Source: a virus (Duplodnaviria > Caudoviricetes). Taken from it: a stretch of 28,817 bases of DNA. This document shows, piece by piece, positions 1-7,758 of this stretch. Every line of letters begins with the position of its first letter. Positions within the stretch are counted from its first letter, which is position 1. The stretch lies in IMG/VR virus record IMGVR_UViG_3300030099_002279, positions 1 through 28,817 of that record; one strand, given 5' to 3'. The notes beneath the pieces are model-generated. The model was not told the DNA's origin. It was given only the letters and a program-made list of their open reading frames with translations, and did not search any database. Both the position numbers and the translations under genes were made by a program.

Positions 1-2
1 AT

Positions 3-683
3 GTAGATTCATTATTACAGCCACCACCAGATATGACCCCAAAACCAATTGATGCGGGTATAGAAAATTCTGGTTTACTAATGGGACAACCAGCACAAGC
101 CTTTGAACAACAAAATCACGTGGCTCACTTAGATGCTCATAAGAGTTTATTTTTAACAAGCATTGTGCAAGAAAATCCACAAATACAATCAATAATCATT
201 AGTCATTGTATGCAACACTTACAATTCCTATCTGCTCAACTAGCACAAGAGCAGATCCCAGAAGAAACCATGGTTCGCATACAAGAGATCCAAATGCAAA
301 TGCAACAAGTCACTCCACAGGAGGCTCAACAAATAGGTCAACAAATCCAAATGATTTTAGATCAATTTAGTGCTCCTATTATGGCCGAACTAACTTCTGA
401 TTTTCTCCAATCTATAGGCCAAGGCACTAGCGAAGATCCTCTTGTGGAAATCAGAAAAACAGAACTTGCACTTAAAGATAAAGAATTAGATTTAGATGCC
501 AATAAATTTGTGGCCAAACAAGAACAAAGAGCGCAAGAAAAATTAATGGATGCAGATTTACAAAAAGAGCGTATCAATGTGCAAAAATCAATAGCAGATG
601 ATAAACTCGAAGTAGCTATAGATAGATTAAAGCAAAATGCAGATCTTAAATTGCTAGAATTAGAGAGTAAACTTAGGAGATAA
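3..683 (+). CDS. Portal protein, C-terminal part (5'-truncated by the window edge)
   Basis: The frame is open from position 3 (VDSLLQPPPDMTPKP...), upstream of the track's ATG at 33. The AFEQQNHVAHLDAH motif and a Gln-rich coiled-coil tail (DPLVEIRKTELALK) resemble P22-like portal C-termini. It lies upstream of the scaffold and capsid genes. Confidence 0.7.
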   Translation, partial: VDSLLQPPPDMTPKPIDAGIENSGLLMGQPAQAFEQQNHVAHLDAHKSLFLTSIVQENPQIQSIIISHCMQHLQFLSAQLAQEQIPEETMVRIQEIQMQMQQVTPQEAQQIGQQIQMILDQFSAPIMAELTSDFLQSIGQGTSEDPLVEIRKTELALKDKELDLDANKFVAKQEQRAQEKLMDADLQKERINVQKSIADDKLEVAIDRLKQNADLKLLELESKLRR

Positions 684-684
684 A

Positions 685-1014
685 ATGACAACATCTTATA
701 AAATTGATGCGGTAAAAAAGTTAAAACACGAAAAAGCTATTAGTCGAGCAAAAGAAATGCAAGACAATGCTAAAGCTGTCATGGAGGCCCAGGCAAAAAA
801 AGAGGCCAGTGACGCAAGAATAGCCGCAAAACAAAAAATTATTGACGCTGGTGGAGTCGTACCAGATCCAAAACCTGTTGTTGAGGAAGTAAAGCCGAAA
901 AAGAAAGAGGCAAAGAAAACAACAGCAAAGAAAACAACGGCAAAAAAAGAGCCAGCCAAAAAGGCACCAGCTAAAAAACGAGGTAGACCAGCAGGATCCA
1001 AAAGCAAAAAATAA
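685..1014 (+). CDS. Lys/Ala-rich histone-H1-like basic protein with C-terminal AT-hook-like motif
   Basis: AKKTT-AKKTT-AKKEP-AKKAP-AKKRGRPAGSKSKK; directly follows the portal in the same operon. Confidence 0.7.
   Translation: MTTSYKIDAVKKLKHEKAISRAKEMQDNAKAVMEAQAKKEASDARIAAKQKIIDAGGVVPDPKPVVEEVKPKKKEAKKTTAKKTTAKKEPAKKAPAKKRGRPAGSKSKK
910..984 (+). repeat. Degenerate 15-bp tandem repeat (5 units) encoding AKKxx pentapeptides
   Basis: gcaaagaaaacaaca / gcaaagaaaacaacg / gcaaaaaaagagcca / gccaaaaaggcacca / gctaaaaaacgaggt. Confidence 0.7.
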
Positions 1015-1193
1015 TGGATGAAATAGATCTACTCGATAGAGTCAAAAAATTAATTGAAAACCGCGAAAGCCAAATTCAAGAAACTTTAATGTCTGGTGGT
1101 TTAAAAGATATTGAACATTATAAATATTTGCAAGGAGAGCTTAGTGCTTTATACTATATTGCAAACGAACTTAGTGACATATATAAAGGTTAA
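1014..1193 (+). CDS. Small hypothetical protein, 59 aa (not in the ORF track)
   Basis: Translated manually as MDEIDLLDRVKKLIENRESQIQETLMSGGLKDIEHYKYLQGELSALYYIANELSDIYKG*. Its ATG overlaps the upstream TAA (TAATG) and it fills the gap up to GroES. Confidence 0.85.
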   Translation: MDEIDLLDRVKKLIENRESQIQETLMSGGLKDIEHYKYLQGELSALYYIANELSDIYKG

Positions 1194-1195
1194 TA

Positions 1196-1615
1196 ATGGT
1201 AGAAACTAAAAAAGTGGCAGACGCATACATAGATCCAGATGATAGAATTTTGGATCCAGAACTTTTAGATAAATCAATTTTAGACCGCATGCCACAACCT
1301 ACAGGTTGGAGAATGTTGGTTTTACCTTACGCAGGTAAAACAAAAACAAAAGGCGGCATAGTATTAGCAAAAGAAACAGTAAATCGTGAGGCTCTAGCTA
1401 CTGTGGTAGCTTATGTTGTGAAAATGGGCCCACAGTGTTATAACGATAAAGCACGATATGGTGACAAACCATGGTGCGAAGAAAAACAATGGGTTTTAAT
1501 AGGGCGCTACTCTGGCTCTAGGTTTAAACTTGAAGATGGTGCGGAGGTCAGAATAATAAATGATGACGAAGTAATAGCCACCATTATCAATCCAGATGAC
1601 ATAGTGAGTTTATGA
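1196..1615 (+). CDS. groES: Phage co-chaperonin GroES (Cpn10)
   Basis: PQPTGWRMLVLP...KTKGGIVL (mobile loop)...VVKMGP...WVLIGRYSG...RIINDDEVIA matches the Cpn10 pattern, with an N-terminal extension. Located in the head module. Confidence 0.85.
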   Translation: MVETKKVADAYIDPDDRILDPELLDKSILDRMPQPTGWRMLVLPYAGKTKTKGGIVLAKETVNREALATVVAYVVKMGPQCYNDKARYGDKPWCEEKQWVLIGRYSGSRFKLEDGAEVRIINDDEVIATIINPDDIVSL

Positions 1616-2559
1616 TGAATGAACAAGAAAATGCTCAAGCTGTTCAGCCAGAGGCCGAAGAGTTAGAAGTAGAGGTAGTAGATCAAGTAGAAACCGCAGA
1701 TGCTAAGACTGAAACCGTTTCTACGGATGATGAATTAGAAAATTACACAAAGGGTGTATCTAAAAGAATTAATAAGTTGAACGAAAGAAATAGAGCCGCA
1801 GAGGAAAAAGCGGCTAGATTAGAACAAATGTTGGCTCAAAAAGAAATGGAAACGGCCAGCATGTTACAACAACAACAAGAAACCAAGGCTCAGTTGTTGG
1901 TTAAAGAAGAAGAGGCTTTAGAGGCCAAGCAATTACAAGCTGATGATTTGTATAAAAAAGCCATTCAATCTAATGATGCTGAACTAATTAGCAAAGCTGA
2001 CACATTAAAAAGCGATCTCAGCATACAAAAAGAAAAGTTAAAAGTTGCAAAACAACAGGCAGAACAACAAAACTTTCAAAATCCACAGCCTGTGCAACAA
2101 CCAGAAATGGGTGGACAAGCTCAAGCACAACCAGAACCTTCAAGAGAGGCAAAAGAATGGCACTCTGAAAATTCCTGGTATGGCGATGATACAGACCCAA
2201 CAAATCAACAAGCTACGCAATTTGCGTACTTTACTCATTTTAATTTAATAAACGAAGGCTATGAGGCAGATTCTCAAGATTATTACGATCAGCTAAATAG
2301 TCGTGTTTATAAAGTTTATCCAGATCTTCAACCATCTGGAAATGTCGAGCAATCAGAAGGTAGACCCGCTGTGCAAAGAGTCGCCTCAACCTCTGTAGGA
2401 GGTCGACAAAAAACACAAGGCAAAAAGAACGGTGTAACTTTCTCTAAATCGGAAGTAGAGCGTCTCAGAGGATTGAAACCACACAACATGACAGAAGATG
2501 CGTGGTTAAAATCCGTTGCTAAAGAAAAACAAAAAATAGCCAACAGGGAGGCAAAATGA
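1612..2559 (+). CDS. Putative capsid scaffolding protein
   Basis: Acidic N-terminus, long coiled coil (YTKGVSKRINKL...), W-x3-NSWYG motif, basic C-terminus; lies between portal and capsid. Confidence 0.65.
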   Translation: MMNEQENAQAVQPEAEELEVEVVDQVETADAKTETVSTDDELENYTKGVSKRINKLNERNRAAEEKAARLEQMLAQKEMETASMLQQQQETKAQLLVKEEEALEAKQLQADDLYKKAIQSNDAELISKADTLKSDLSIQKEKLKVAKQQAEQQNFQNPQPVQQPEMGGQAQAQPEPSREAKEWHSENSWYGDDTDPTNQQATQFAYFTHFNLINEGYEADSQDYYDQLNSRVYKVYPDLQPSGNVEQSEGRPAVQRVASTSVGGRQKTQGKKNGVTFSKSEVERLRGLKPHNMTEDAWLKSVAKEKQKIANREAK

Positions 2560-3029
2560 CCGAAGAAAAAGTAACTACAACCAGACAATCCCGTGAATCC
2601 GAGTCTCACGCTAATACTACTCGTAGAAAACCATGGAGGCCAGTTAGAAAGCTAGAAACCCCTACCCCACCAGAAGGATATGAATATCGTTGGATAAGAG
2701 AATCCATGCTGGGTCAAGAGGATAGAAGTAACGTAAGCAAAAGAATGAGAGAAGGTTGGGAGCTCGTAAGAGGTACTGATCTACCCACTGAATTTGTTTT
2801 ACCTACTATGGAAGAAGGCAGACACGCTGGCATAGTATATAACGATGGACTACTCTTAGCGAAAATTCCTGTAGAGACTAAGAATGAGCGTAATGCTTAT
2901 TACGAGGGTCAAACTGCTAAAAAACGAGAGGCATTGGATAACACAATTTTCAATGAGCAACGTAAAGATAGCCGTTATGTTCAGTATGATTCAAAAAGGG
3001 AGTCTAATGTTACTTTTGGGAAAAAGTAA
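2556..3029 (+). CDS. Conserved phage head-module hypothetical protein
   Basis: ATGA overlap and GGAGG RBS. PPEGYEYRWIR...MREGWELVR...GLLLAKIP is a motif set I recognise upstream of capsid genes in aquatic podoviruses. Confidence 0.75.
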   Translation: MTEEKVTTTRQSRESESHANTTRRKPWRPVRKLETPTPPEGYEYRWIRESMLGQEDRSNVSKRMREGWELVRGTDLPTEFVLPTMEEGRHAGIVYNDGLLLAKIPVETKNERNAYYEGQTAKKREALDNTIFNEQRKDSRYVQYDSKRESNVTFGKK

Positions 3030-3051
3030 CAACATATAATAGGAGCTAAAA

Positions 3052-3639
3052 ATGGCTAATAAAGATAGCGCATTTGGATGCAAACCTGTTCGTATGATGG
3101 GTGGGGCACCTTATTCTGGTGGTCAATCAAGATATAGAATCGCAAGTGGAGCTACAACTCCAATTTTTCAAGGCGATTTAGTAACTCAATTGACAGCTGG
3201 TGTAATTGGTAGACATACCGCAACTGGTACTGTTCCGATTGTCGGAGTGTTTAATGGTGTTCAATACACTGACCCAACCACAGGCGAGCAAGTTTTCAAA
3301 AACACATATCCTGGTAGTATTTCTGCTAGTGATATAATCGCAAGCGTCATAGATGATCCAAACGTGGTGTTTGAAGTACAAGCAGACGATACATTTCCTG
3401 TAGCTGATCTGTTCGGTAACTTCGACATTGTTGATGGTTCACCTGTTGGCGATACTAAGTCTGGAAGATCTAACCTTGAGCTAGACGTAACTACTGGTGC
3501 TACGACCGCAACGTTACCGCTTAAGTGCATAGATATATCCCAGGATCCCGATAACGATGACGTAGCATCAAGCAACACCAATGTTCTTTGTGTGATTCAA
3601 AACCACATCATGGGACAAAAAGGTGCTGGCCTAGCATAA
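3052..3639 (+). CDS. Putative capsid decoration/minor head protein
   Basis: AGGAG RBS; MANKDSAFG...IFQGDLV...VGVFNG...DDPNVVFEVQ beta-rich protein immediately upstream of the major capsid gene. Confidence 0.6.
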   Translation: MANKDSAFGCKPVRMMGGAPYSGGQSRYRIASGATTPIFQGDLVTQLTAGVIGRHTATGTVPIVGVFNGVQYTDPTTGEQVFKNTYPGSISASDIIASVIDDPNVVFEVQADDTFPVADLFGNFDIVDGSPVGDTKSGRSNLELDVTTGATTATLPLKCIDISQDPDNDDVASSNTNVLCVIQNHIMGQKGAGLA

Positions 3640-3649
3640 GGAGTAAATA

Positions 3650-4567
3650 ATGGCTATATCAAGAGCTCAACTCGCTAAAGAGTTAGAACCAGGTCTAAAT
3701 TCATTATTTGGTCTTAACTATGATGAATACGATCGTGAATACGAAGAAATCTTCTCTATTGAAGATTCCAACCGTGCCTTTGAAGAAGAAGTATTAATTA
3801 CTGGCTTTGGATCTGCGCCTACGAAAACCGAAGGTCAAGGAGTAGTCTTTGACAACGCATCTGAAAGTTTCAGTGCACGTTATACCCACGACACAGTGGC
3901 ATTAGCGTTTGCTCTAACAGAAGAGGCTGTTGAGGATAATCTTTATGACTCACTCGGTAAAAGATACGTTAAAGCACTAGCAAAATCTATGGCTCATACC
4001 AAAGAGGTTAAAGGTGCGGACGTTCTTAATAATGCTTTCTCATCCAGTTTTACTGGCGGAGACGGTGTTTCATTAATTAACACTGCTCACCCACTTGCAG
4101 GTGGTGGAACAGCGGCTAATAGACAAACAACTATGGCCGACCTTAATGAAACTTCATTAGAGGACGATCTAATTAGTATCTCTACTTTCACAGATGACAA
4201 AGGATTAACCATATCCGTGCAAGCCGATAAATTAATTGTCCCTCCGCAACTCGTTTTCGTTGCTGATAGGATTCTTAATTCACCAGGCAGAACTGGAACA
4301 TCTGATAATGACTTAAACGCTATTAAGAACACAGGTGTTCTTCCTGGCGGTTATTCAGTAAATCATTATCTAAATGATCCAGACGCATACTTCATCTTAA
4401 CTTCTGTAACAGCAATGGGCGATGGCCTTAAAATGTTCCAAAGAACTGGCATGGAAACATCCATGGAACCAGATTTCACTACTGGAAACATTCGTTACAA
4501 AGCGCGTGAAAGATATTCATTTGGTTTCTCTGATTGGAGAGGAATCTTCGGATCGCAAGGTGCGTAA
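3650..4567 (+). CDS. Major capsid protein (HK97 fold, Mu gpT-like family)
   Basis: AAGGAG RBS; MAISRAQLAKELEPGLN...ALAFALTEEAVEDNLY...KLIVPPQL...YKARERYSFGFSDWRGIFGS; followed by a strong terminator. Confidence 0.9.
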   Translation: MAISRAQLAKELEPGLNSLFGLNYDEYDREYEEIFSIEDSNRAFEEEVLITGFGSAPTKTEGQGVVFDNASESFSARYTHDTVALAFALTEEAVEDNLYDSLGKRYVKALAKSMAHTKEVKGADVLNNAFSSSFTGGDGVSLINTAHPLAGGGTAANRQTTMADLNETSLEDDLISISTFTDDKGLTISVQADKLIVPPQLVFVADRILNSPGRTGTSDNDLNAIKNTGVLPGGYSVNHYLNDPDAYFILTSVTAMGDGLKMFQRTGMETSMEPDFTTGNIRYKARERYSFGFSDWRGIFGSQGA

Positions 4568-4612
4568 ACTGAACGACTAGAAATACCGTTTATAACTCAA
4601 GTATTTCAAATT

Positions 4613-4638
4613 AAGGGCCTTTTAAGGCCCTTTTTTTT
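4613..4638 (+). terminator. Rho-independent terminator after the capsid gene
   Basis: AAGGGCCT-TTTA-AGGCCCTT followed by a T run. Confidence 0.9.
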
Positions 4639-4671
4639 GCCTAAATTAATTAAAATAATGTGTATAAAAAC

Positions 4672-4700
4672 TTGCAAATATGTGCATAATTTAGTATATT
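4672..4700 (+). promoter_or_regulatory. Sigma70-type promoter of the accessory cassette
   Basis: TTGCAA (4672-4677), 17 nt spacer, TATATT (4695-4700), with an AT-rich UP-like region upstream. Overlapped by the 18-bp box at 4671-4688. Confidence 0.75.
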
Positions 4701-4745
4701 AAACATGTGGGAAGTAAAATTAATAAAAAAGCCAAGGAGGGCAAA

Positions 4746-5018
4746 ATGAAAAAAGAAATAATTGTTGGTAACGATTGTTGCGATTATAAATTAGAGGGTG
4801 GGGACGGAATACTTTTATACAATGACGAGAAAGCAACAAGAAACAACGAATGGGGCGAAGTCCAAATATTTGAACACTTTTCTAAAGGCGATATTGCTTA
4901 CATGAGCAAAAAGTTTGGTGTTGATGTTTGGGTTGGTTGCGGTCAATTTGGGGATTGCACAGAAGAATTAATTGATACTGATGATTTGGTTGAGTTTGCA
5001 AAGGAGAGGTTAGCATAA
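4746..5018 (+). CDS. Cassette gene 1: small acidic, Cys-containing hypothetical protein (90 aa)
   Basis: Start moved from 4707 to the ATG at 4746 because AAGGAGG (4734-4740) precedes it. Ends in KERLA*. Confidence 0.8.
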   Translation: MKKEIIVGNDCCDYKLEGGDGILLYNDEKATRNNEWGEVQIFEHFSKGDIAYMSKKFGVDVWVGCGQFGDCTEELIDTDDLVEFAKERLA

Positions 5019-5293
5019 TGAAAAACAAGACTTACACATTTTACGAGGATCCTGGGCATGGCTGGTTGGCCGTGCCTTTAGGCAATTTAATTGAGTTAGG
5101 AATTGCTGACAAAATTACTGGCTACAGTTATTTGATTGGCGACATGGCTTACTTAGAAGAAGATTGGGATATGAGCGTTTTTCTTTTGGCTTTTAGAGAA
5201 AAATTTGGCAAGTTTCCAGATTTCAAACAAAAATATCAAGAGAATTGTCACATAAGATATTATCCAAACTATGACTACAAGGAGGTGGCGTAA
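5018..5293 (+). CDS. Cassette gene 2: hypothetical protein with DPGHGWL and YLEEDxD motifs
   Basis: TAATG overlap and strong RBS; I recall this motif set from phage accessory genes of unknown function. Ends in KEVA*. Confidence 0.85.
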   Translation: MKNKTYTFYEDPGHGWLAVPLGNLIELGIADKITGYSYLIGDMAYLEEDWDMSVFLLAFREKFGKFPDFKQKYQENCHIRYYPNYDYKEVA

Positions 5294-5505
5294 TGGCAAT
5301 AAATAGAAACTTTAAGGATATTGAGGAGGCCAGGGACTTCATTCGTGAAACCCAAAAACAACTCAATCCTAGCAAGACTGTTATCAAAAAGAAAACAGTC
5401 AACATCGTTGTTGGCAACAAGAACGACTACGATCTTTTAAACCAAGGTTTGTTCGGCATGAAAAATGCCAAGTGGATCTATATTACACTTGAGGAGGTGG
5501 CGTGA
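5293..5505 (+). CDS. Cassette gene 3: hypothetical protein (70 aa)
   Basis: AAGGAGGTGGCGTAATG junction; ends in EEVA*. Confidence 0.8.
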   Translation: MAINRNFKDIEEARDFIRETQKQLNPSKTVIKKKTVNIVVGNKNDYDLLNQGLFGMKNAKWIYITLEEVA

Positions 5506-5882
5506 TGGGAACTACAGTAGATTTTATTAGAAGTAAAGATAGACCAAACCCTGCAAAGATGGCAGAAAAATCTTTAAACAGAGTAGATGGTTGGAAGGTT
5601 TTAGCTAGCAACAAAGAGTATGTTGGTAAAGACTTTGGTTTTTATAAGTATGCTGTTTATTCAGCTGTTGATACAGGTGACGAGGTATTTGGCTGTGTTT
5701 CAGTTATTGGCATAAAAAAATATCCTTATTCTTGGGATTATGAGGTATCAGAAAAAATCATCGGTGAAGATGAAGGTCCTTATTACTTTGGTGCAAACAG
5801 AAAGGTTTTGAGTCTTTTAACCTCAACAGATTCTAAGTATGCAAAAGAATGGAGAGATAAATGTTACGAGGAGGTGGCGTGA
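5505..5882 (+). CDS. Cassette gene 4: hypothetical protein, possibly DUF6927-like
   Basis: The ATG at 5505 (TGATG overlap) is preferred over the GTG at 5502. YSAV...EVFGCV...GEDEGPYY...VLSLLTST...AKEWRDKC resembles, from memory, a family found in mobile elements. Ends in EEVA*. Confidence 0.75.
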   Translation: MGTTVDFIRSKDRPNPAKMAEKSLNRVDGWKVLASNKEYVGKDFGFYKYAVYSAVDTGDEVFGCVSVIGIKKYPYSWDYEVSEKIIGEDEGPYYFGANRKVLSLLTSTDSKYAKEWRDKCYEEVA

Positions 5883-6052
5883 TGGCGATATTTAAAACTG
5901 GAGATAAAGTAATTTGTAATGGAAACGATGAATCTATCATTTTGGATTACTATACAGACAAAATGGTCAATGTAAGACTTTGGAGAGGCCAAAGACATGT
6001 TGGCGATGTATGTGTCCATGAAGAAGAATTAATTTTAAAGGAGGTAGCATAG
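5882..6052 (+). CDS. Cassette gene 5: 56-aa hypothetical protein, possible SH3-like beta-barrel
   Basis: Start moved from 5861 to the ATG at 5882 after GAGGAGG; MAIFKTGDKVIC...VHEEELILKEVA*. Confidence 0.75.
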   Translation: MAIFKTGDKVICNGNDESIILDYYTDKMVNVRLWRGQRHVGDVCVHEEELILKEVA

Positions 6053-6540
6053 TGGCAATAGGTAAAATATACCTAGACATGGACGGAGTTTTAGCTGACT
6101 TTGTCACAGGCGTCCAGGGCCCAGACTTTCTTAACGGGCCTTTGTGGAACGAGCAAACTTACGATCATCGCAAGGTAGAGTTTACTAACAAAAGATTATT
6201 TAGAAACTTGCCTTACATGCCAGGCGCATTAGATCTAATAGCCTGGGTAAAAGATTCTGGCCTGCCCTGGGAGATCCTTACCTGCTCTGGTTTAATTAAC
6301 AGGCCCTTGGTGGTTGCAGACAAGACTGAGTGGATCCGTCAATACGTTTGTCCAAACGTGGTTGTATCTTCTACTCTTAAAGGCAAAGACAAAAAAATAT
6401 TTGCCAGACCCAATCATATTTTGGTTGATGATAAAAAATCTAATATCGAGCATTGGGAGGAGGCTGGCGGCACAGGTATATTGCACCAAGATCCGCAAGA
6501 AACGCTTGATATTTTAGACTCACTCCACTTGCTAAAGTAA
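6052..6540 (+). CDS. HAD-superfamily 5'(3')-deoxyribonucleotidase-like phosphatase
   Basis: Motif I IYLDMDGVLADF, motif II ILT, conserved Lys, motif IV ILVDDK..NI..W..AGGTGILH; GTG start after AAGGAGGT. Confidence 0.85.
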   Translation: MAIGKIYLDMDGVLADFVTGVQGPDFLNGPLWNEQTYDHRKVEFTNKRLFRNLPYMPGALDLIAWVKDSGLPWEILTCSGLINRPLVVADKTEWIRQYVCPNVVVSSTLKGKDKKIFARPNHILVDDKKSNIEHWEEAGGTGILHQDPQETLDILDSLHLLK

Positions 6541-6557
6541 TTTCTTGAGTGTAGTAT
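6529..6557 (+). promoter_or_regulatory. Putative sigma70 promoter restarting the structural operon
   Basis: TTGCTA (6529-6534), 17 nt spacer, TAGTAT (6552-6557), upstream of the AAGGAG RBS for 6633. Confidence 0.5.
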
Positions 6558-6580
6558 CTAATTAACAATAATTAATTAGC

Positions 6581-6612
6581 TTGATGAGGGGCGGCTTGCC
6601 GCTTTCCATTAA
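6581..6612 (+). other. GC-rich RNA hairpin with CUUG tetraloop in the intergenic region/5'UTR
   Basis: GGGGCGG-CTTG-CCGCTTT core, extendable by TTGATG/CATTAA pairing across one mismatch. Confidence 0.5.
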
Positions 6613-6632
6613 TACAAACAAAGGAGTTCATA

Positions 6633-7349
6633 ATGGCTAATCCACATTTTCAAAACCAAATACAATGGGCGGGTAACACCGTTGCAACCAAGGCAAAAAA
6701 AGATCTACCGATGTTTATGCCTTATCCTTCTGACCAAACACACTATGGTTATTTTAATGATTTTATGACTTACAATAGTGGTGATTGGACAATCACAACA
6801 ACTGAGGATGGCACGGGATCCGCAACTGAGGTAATTACTTCTGGTGCTGGTGGTCAGTTTTTAATTACTAACGCGGCTGGCGATAACGACCATGACTTTT
6901 TTAACCTAAAAGGCGAGTCTTTTTTAATTACAGGTTCAAAGAGAGCTTATTTTTCAGCTAGATTTAAAGTAAGCGATGCTACACAATCTGACTTCGTTAT
7001 GGGCCTACAAATTACCGATACTTCTCCATTAGCGGTTTCAGACGGTATTTTCTTCATTAAAGACGACGGTGATACAAACCTTGACTTTATTGTTGAAAAA
7101 GACAGCACATCAACAGATACAACTGCAATTCATACAATGGCAGACGATACTTTTGTTACTGTTGCTTTCTTTGTAGATCCAAATACAGCACTGGTTCAAT
7201 ATTCAGTCAACAACGCAGAGCCAGTCGGTGTTGTAAATACAAATCTACCAGATAACGAAGAATTAACTGTATCATTCGGTATTCAAAACGGTGCGGCCGC
7301 GGCCAAAACCATGACTATCGATTACATCACAGTTATCGTAGAGAGATAA
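6633..7349 (+). CDS. Putative virion structural protein (beta-sandwich, head fibre/decoration-like)
   Basis: Strong RBS; Thr/Asp/Gly-rich all-beta pattern (YFNDF...YFSARFKVSD...MTIDYI); resumes the structural operon after the cassette. Confidence 0.6.
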   Translation: MANPHFQNQIQWAGNTVATKAKKDLPMFMPYPSDQTHYGYFNDFMTYNSGDWTITTTEDGTGSATEVITSGAGGQFLITNAAGDNDHDFFNLKGESFLITGSKRAYFSARFKVSDATQSDFVMGLQITDTSPLAVSDGIFFIKDDGDTNLDFIVEKDSTSTDTTAIHTMADDTFVTVAFFVDPNTALVQYSVNNAEPVGVVNTNLPDNEELTVSFGIQNGAAAAKTMTIDYITVIVER

Positions 7350-7350
7350 A

Positions 7351-7755
7351 ATGGCAGACGCAGTAACCTCTCAAACCATTCAAGATGGTGAAAGAACTGC
7401 TGTTTTGCGGTTCACTAATGTTTCAGATGGCACGGGTGAATCTGCTGTAAAAAAAGTAGACGTTTCTGCTTTAGGGTCAAACGCAAGAGGACAAGCATGC
7501 ACAGAAGTCCATATTCAAAGAATATGGTGGTCTTGTGTAGGCATGTCGGTAAAGATTGATTTTGATGCTAGCACAAACGTATTAGCTATTGGTTTACCAG
7601 CCGATTCAACTGGCGATGAATATTACGATACATTCACCGCGATTCCAAATAATGCTGGTTCTGGTAAAACGGGAGATCTCGATTTTACTACTACTGGCCA
7701 TTCTAGTGGCGACAGTTACATGATTGTTTTGGAGTTAATCAAGAAATACGACTAA
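7351..7755 (+). CDS. Conserved putative structural protein
   Basis: MADAVTSQTIQDG...FTNVSDGTGESAVKKVDVSAL...IPNNAGSGKTGD; operonic with 6633. Confidence 0.7.
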   Translation: MADAVTSQTIQDGERTAVLRFTNVSDGTGESAVKKVDVSALGSNARGQACTEVHIQRIWWSCVGMSVKIDFDASTNVLAIGLPADSTGDEYYDTFTAIPNNAGSGKTGDLDFTTTGHSSGDSYMIVLELIKKYD

Positions 7756-7758
7756 TCT

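Larger units (their letters stand above)
5001..6060 (+). repeat. Dispersed conserved gene-junction repeat (5 copies)
   Basis: 5001 AAGGAGAGGTTAGCATAATG; 5279 AAGGAGGTGGCGTAATGGCAATA; 5491 GAGGAGGTGGCGTGATG; 5868 GAGGAGGTGGCGTGATGGCGATA; 6038 AAGGAGGTAGCATAGTGGCAATA. Confidence 0.85.

Noticed and set aside
4707-4745. Track start at 4707 for the first cassette gene
   Set aside because: It lies at about the predicted transcription start, and a perfect AAGGAGG precedes ATG 4746. A leaderless longer form cannot be fully excluded.
5001-6060. Cassette junction repeats as a CRISPR array or integron attC sites
   Set aside because: The spacers are whole genes of 170-380 bp, the repeats are not palindromic and lack attC RYYYAAC/GTTRRRY ends, and no cas or integrase gene is present in the window.
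6580-6612. Hammerhead ribozyme (TGATGAG followed by a stem)
   Set aside because: The core reads TTGATGA rather than CTGATGA, and the required GAAA after stem II is missing (TTTC instead).
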